Assembly: GCF_006345805.1 (NCBI RefSeq)
Contig: NC_043026.1
Span: forward strand, 11,160,001-11,224,000
Source of the DNA: Octopus sinensis
Lineage: Eukaryota
Direction of reading: 5' to 3'
Length of the DNA: 64,000 nt
Shown here in pieces: positions 59,437 through 64,000 of this stretch; position 1 is the stretch's first letter; each line of letters opens with the position of its first letter. The notes under the pieces are model-generated. The model searched no databases, was not told the origin of the DNA, and worked only from the letters and a program-made list of their open reading frames with translations. The position numbers and the translations under genes were made by a program.

Positions 59437-59591
59437 TATATATTCCTTTATGTCTTAAAAGACAACTAAACATTTTAGGCTAGGTAAAATGATCATAAAA
59501 CAACCAAAAAGAGAACCTTGATAAGTATGGTAAATATCTTAAGCCTAAAAGGTCAAGTCCCCATTTTAGCAGTAGGAAACATTTTGAAAGG

Positions 59592-60439
59592 TTAACCTTT
59601 CATTACCAACCCGGCTGTAACCGCCTCTGGTCTGTAGTATAAATGTCTTGCTTTCGTAAGTTTTGAATTAAAATCTTCCACCAAACCTTAGTCACAGTTT
59701 ATGTTCCTAACTCTAGCTGAATGATAACTAAGTTATTTTACTAAATTCTTTGTTATATTTAAAAGTAATTGAAAAAAACACAGAGCATCTCAACAGAAAT
59801 ACAGTAACGAAAGGGTTAAAATATATAATAGAGAAACAATTCTTAACCCTTTTGATACCAACCTGGTTGAAACCACCTCTGGCTCTGTAGTACAAATGTC
59901 TTGTTTTCATAAGTTTTGAATTAAAATCTTCCACCAAACTTTAGTCACAATTTATGTTCCTAACTCTAGCTGAATGATAACTAAGTTATTTTACTAAATT
60001 CTTTGTTATATTTAAAGTAATTGAAAAAAACACAGAGCATCTTAATAGAAATATTGTAACAAAAGGGTTAAGAAGAAAAATAATCAGCAGAAGACATGAG
60101 AGAAGGAGACCTCAATGTGGTCACTGTATGCTAGAAATAATAGCCTAAATTTCTTTCAATCCCCACCCTTTCAACTGCTTCTAATGTCCATCTGCCCAAA
60201 TGTAGAGATGTTTTTAACCCTTTCAATACCAACCCGGCTGAAACCAGCCCTGACTGAGTACAAATGTCTTGTTTTCATAAGTTTTGAATTAAAATCTTCC
60301 ACCAAATCTTAGTCACAATTTATGTTCCTAACACTAGCTTAATGATAACTAAGTTAGTTTACTAAATTCTTTGTTATATTTAAAATAATTGAAAGAAACA
60401 CAGAGCATCTCAAAATAAATATGCTAATGAAAGGGTTAA
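59592..60439. mobile_element. Composite of three TTAA-flanked piggyBac-like MITEs, just 3' of ZNF-D
   Basis: Reverse complement of 32439-33293. Confidence 0.82.
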
Positions 60440-60473
60440 TTGTATGAAGTAATTAAGTTTGATACGAATACAG

Positions 60474-61757
60474 TTACTCTTCTGTATGAATAGCTACATG
60501 TGCAATTAAGTTACTACTTTTTGAAAAGGATTTGTCACAGATATCACAGTGATATGGTTTTTCTCCTGTATGAATACGTTGGTGTATAGTTAAGTTACTG
60601 CTTCCAGAGAAGGATTTACCACAGATGTCACAGTGATGTGGTTTCTCTCCTGTATGAATACGTCTGTGTTTATTCAAATTACTACTTCCAGAGAAAGATT
60701 TGTCGCAGATATCACAGTTATATGGTTTTTCGCCTGTGTGGATTCGTTTGTGTTTGGTTAAGTCACTGCTACAAGAAAATGATTTACCACAAATATCACA
60801 GCTGTATGGTTTTTCTCCTCTATGTATACGTTTGTGTTTAGTTAAGTCTCCGTTTCGAGAGAATAATTTACCACAGATATCGCAATCATACGGCTTCTCT
60901 CCCGTATGAATGCGTATGTGCCTACTCAAGTTACTGCTTCCAGAGAATGATTTGTCACAGATATTACAGTGATATGGTTTCTCTCCTGTGTGAATACGTT
61001 TATGAGTACTTAAGTCACTACTTTGAGAGAACACTTTATCGCAGATATCACAGCTATACGGCTTCTCTCCTGTATGAAAACGCTTATGTTTAGTCAGGTT
61101 ACTACTTCCAGAGAATGACTTGCCACAGACTCCACAGTGATATGGCTTCTCTCCTGTATGAACACGTTTATGCAAAGTTACTTTATCATTTCGAGAGAAC
61201 GATTTACCACAGATATCACAGTGATATGGCTTCTCTTCTGTATGTGCACACCTGTGTTTACTTAAGGTACTTATACGAGCAAACGACTTGCCACACATAT
61301 CACAATGATATGGCTTCTCTCCCGCACGGAAGCATTTGTGTGTAGTTAATTTCCCACTCTGGGTGAACGACTTGCCACAGTTACTGCAATGATACGGTCT
61401 CTCTCCGGTATGAATGCGTTTGTGTTCAATCAAGTGGTGATTCAGAGAGAATGATTTACCACAGACATCACAGTCGTACGGTCTCTCACCTGTATGAACT
61501 CGTTTGTGCGTACTTAGGTTACCTTTCTGAGTGTACGATTTACCACAGACATCACACTGGTAAGGCTTCTCTCCTGTATGGATATGCCTGTGCTTAGTTA
61601 AGTCACTGCTTCCAGAGAAGGACTTACCGCAGATATCACAGTGATATGGCTTCTCTCCTGTATGGATACGTTTGTGCTTAACAAGGTTACCTTTTTGAGA
61701 GAATGACTTTTTACAGATATCACACGGGTATGATGATTCTCCAGCCTCATCCGACAT
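60474..61757 (-). CDS. C2H2 zinc-finger protein D, 427 aa, 15 fingers (finger 5 degenerate)
   Basis: 9-aa leader then 15 units; recurrent GSSNL/xSSDL helices; candidate acceptor AG at 61821-61820. Confidence 0.93.
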   Translation of the reverse strand: MSDEAGESSYPCDICKKSFSQKGNLVKHKRIHTGEKPYHCDICGKSFSGSSDLTKHRHIHTGEKPYQCDVCGKSYTQKGNLSTHKRVHTGERPYDCDVCGKSFSLNHHLIEHKRIHTGERPYHCSNCGKSFTQSGKLTTHKCFRAGEKPYHCDMCGKSFARISTLSKHRCAHTEEKPYHCDICGKSFSRNDKVTLHKRVHTGEKPYHCGVCGKSFSGSSNLTKHKRFHTGEKPYSCDICDKVFSQSSDLSTHKRIHTGEKPYHCNICDKSFSGSSNLSRHIRIHTGEKPYDCDICGKLFSRNGDLTKHKRIHRGEKPYSCDICGKSFSCSSDLTKHKRIHTGEKPYNCDICDKSFSGSSNLNKHRRIHTGEKPHHCDICGKSFSGSSNLTIHQRIHTGEKPYHCDICDKSFSKSSNLIAHVAIHTEE

Positions 61758-61939
61758 CTTCTCAGCTGAACTCAGTCCTTTCTCACAAACTCATGATACA
61801 AATATCTTCCTTCTTGTATCTGTTTATATAATTAATTCTTTATATATATATATATATTTCAAAATGTGACCTCGTGTGTACTGTTGGCGATTTTTTTCCT
61901 CTGTCTTCCCTTCTCTGGATCTTTCCTTCTCCTATGTTT

Positions 61940-61971
61940 CCGACGAAGAGCTCCGCTCGAAACATTAAGCC
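61940..61971 (+). ncRNA. Degenerate minimal hammerhead-like motif of the Penelope-like type
   Basis: CCGACGA-A-GAGC-TCC-GCTC-GAAAC-ATTAA-GCC; differs from the CUGANGA/GUC core at two positions; no clear stem I. Confidence 0.3.
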
Positions 61972-62066
61972 CTCCTTCTTTCCTGAGCGTCCAATAATCC
62001 AATAATACTATATTTGTCCCACGTCCTCGTGTTGTTGTGTCTTTTTGTGCTTTCTTGTTTGGATTA

Positions 62067-62119
<53 letters not shown>

Positions 62120-62321
62120 CAGCACGGATCTTTTTCAGTGAACAGGTTGCGGTCTTAAAGCGACGAAAATGTTTTGACAAATTAAACTTAAATGTTGAAG
62201 TGAATCGAACGGCTTTTGTGTGTTTCTTAAATGGCTTACAAACACCTTCCACGCTGCAAATGTTTTCGTTTCAGCACACAATCTCAGATCAAATCACTTG
62301 CTATGCAAGTACATCTCCGTA
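62120..62321 (+). mobile_element. Solo copy of the satellite-forming element, in (TA)n
   Basis: Core matches the 9.3-10.9 kb units; terminal hairpin ACTTGC-TAT-GCAAGT at 62296-62310. Confidence 0.78.
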
Positions 62322-63169
62322 ATATATATATATATTTCTACTGCTATATTTTATCATCAACACGGATTGCCATTGATATCTGTAGAAGATGTAAGAGCCT
62401 TTGTCAAATTATCCAAATGTTTTTAGTTAAGAGCAGTATGCAAACTCATCTTGTAATTATTTTCTACAGTGAAAGTAAAGATTTTTTGCTTTTCTTATCT
62501 TAGTTCAGAAGCAACTTTTCACATAAATTCTCCCATGGATTTATACACACAAGGTTATTTCTATTTCAATATTTTGCATAACCTCTGTAGATGATTTTTC
62601 TGATGTAAATGATTCTTTGGGCCATCAGCCAATCTGAAATTATAAATAAACAGTGTAAGATACGCAGGTTACTACATTTATATACTGATAAACTATTACC
62701 TCAATACTTATTTTTTTAAATTTACACAAATTGCATGAACCCAAGATGACTGCTAGTTGACCAAAGCATTGTAAGTAGATACAGTAAACGGAAACTGAAA
62801 GAAGCCCATCAAACATGGCACCTTGGGGCAATGTCTTTTACGATTGCCTAGGGCTAAGTAGATTTGGTAAATAGAAACTGAAAGAAGCCCTTTGTATGTA
62901 TGTAGCGCCGAGTTTACAATTCTCTAAATAATAATAACGGTATTTTTATATAAGCTTAAAGCTTTTGGCGATCACTGTGCAATGACTAAGGAAAGTAGTT
63001 TAATAAAGGGGCATATAAGCCCTCGACAGTAAAAAGGCTTTCCTATCCATGTTGGAGTCGAACCCATATCCCTTTGTTAGTGTCGAGGGAATGTGAACTA
63101 AATGTTTTTTTTTTTTTGGAACAGTGAATCTCGAAACATAATACTATAAATATTAGTTTCAAATTTTGG

Positions 63170-63366
63170 CACAAGGCCAGCAAGGTTGGGGGAAGGAGTA
63201 AGTCGATTACATCGATCCCAGTGCTCAACTGACTCCCATTTTATCGATCTCCAGAGGATGAAAGGCAAAGTAGAACCCGGCGGAATTTGAACTCAGAACT
63301 TTAAAATGGGCGAAATGCCGCTAAGCATTTGGCCCGGCGTGCCAACGATTCTGCCAGCTCGCCGCC
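63170..63366 (-). mobile_element. Degenerate family C SINE
   Basis: Reverse complement of the GGCGGCGAGCTGGCAGAATCG head and Meta-like domain. Confidence 0.75.
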
Positions 63367-64000
63367 CTATGTTTCGAGATCCATTGTTCCAAAAAAGAAT
63401 TATACCTGCAAAATATTTTTTTCTGATTATTTCCCCCCTCGCGTAATCGTATTCTACATCATTTAAAAGTAATCTCTGGAAAAATTAATGAGAGAGAAAA
63501 AAAAAACAACAAAAAACATTTCAAAGAAAGTTCTGAGCAAACAAGATCAGATGGGGGGATTATCCGAAACTGGTTGGAATTTTTTTTTTTTGTTTTACAA
63601 TTTTTCTCTCAGTATAATCGCAATCTAGATTATCTACAACGTATGTGAAAAATTTCGTTAAAAAATATGCATTTTAAAGCAAGCTGTGAGGAATCAGAAT
63701 CGGGGAGGGGGATTATTTGAAGCTTCGTGAAAAATTTAGATTTTACAATTTTTTCCTCTATATATAATCGTAATCTTCTTAATCTGAAATGTACCCTGAA
63801 CAAAAAATCGTTAAAAAACGTGCGATTTGAAGAAAGTTATAGGGAAACAAAGTCAAAGAGTCAGTCACACCTTTGTAGTTCTACATAATCATCACCATAC
63901 TTCGGTAAGTATAGTGAAGGCTACATATTTAATACTAGTTGTATTATACAATCAATGAAATCAGTTATTACTTTCCCACTGCTGGCTAAAATAATTATTT

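Noticed and set aside
17128-61757. Specific vertebrate gene symbols (ZNFxxx, PRDM9) or a KRAB/SET domain for the ZNF genes
   Set aside because: Leaders are 9-48 aa with no recognisable effector domain; similarity would reflect only the generic finger/linker consensus

Overview
AT-rich, repeat-dense eukaryotic DNA, most likely from an octopus-type cephalopod. This is inferred from clustered single-coding-exon C2H2 zinc-finger (ZNF) genes with no KRAB/SCAN/BTB/ZAD domain and from the SINE/LINE complement. Protein-coding content: (1) an uninterrupted 1767-aa ORF (909-6212, -) with a charged N-terminus, a helical segment and about six tandem NHL/TolB-like beta-propeller modules, plus the start of a head-to-head paralog cut off by a 100-N gap; (2) six poly-ZNF genes. 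Three of these are recent paralogs (17.1-18.3 kb -, 21.0-22.3 kb -, 25.2-26.4 kb +) arranged as tandem plus inverted duplications, with variation concentrated in the recognition helices of fingers 2-5. The rest is SINEs (at least three families), RTE, CR1, R4-like/RLE and L1/Tx1-like LINE fragments, piggyBac-, mariner- and Merlin-like MITEs, a Merlin transposase relic, a Helitron-like satellite, foldbacks and microsatellites. No CRISPR, rRNA or bona fide tRNA genes were found. All family names come from motif recognition by eye, not database searches. Repeat boundaries are approximate unless TSDs are quoted.
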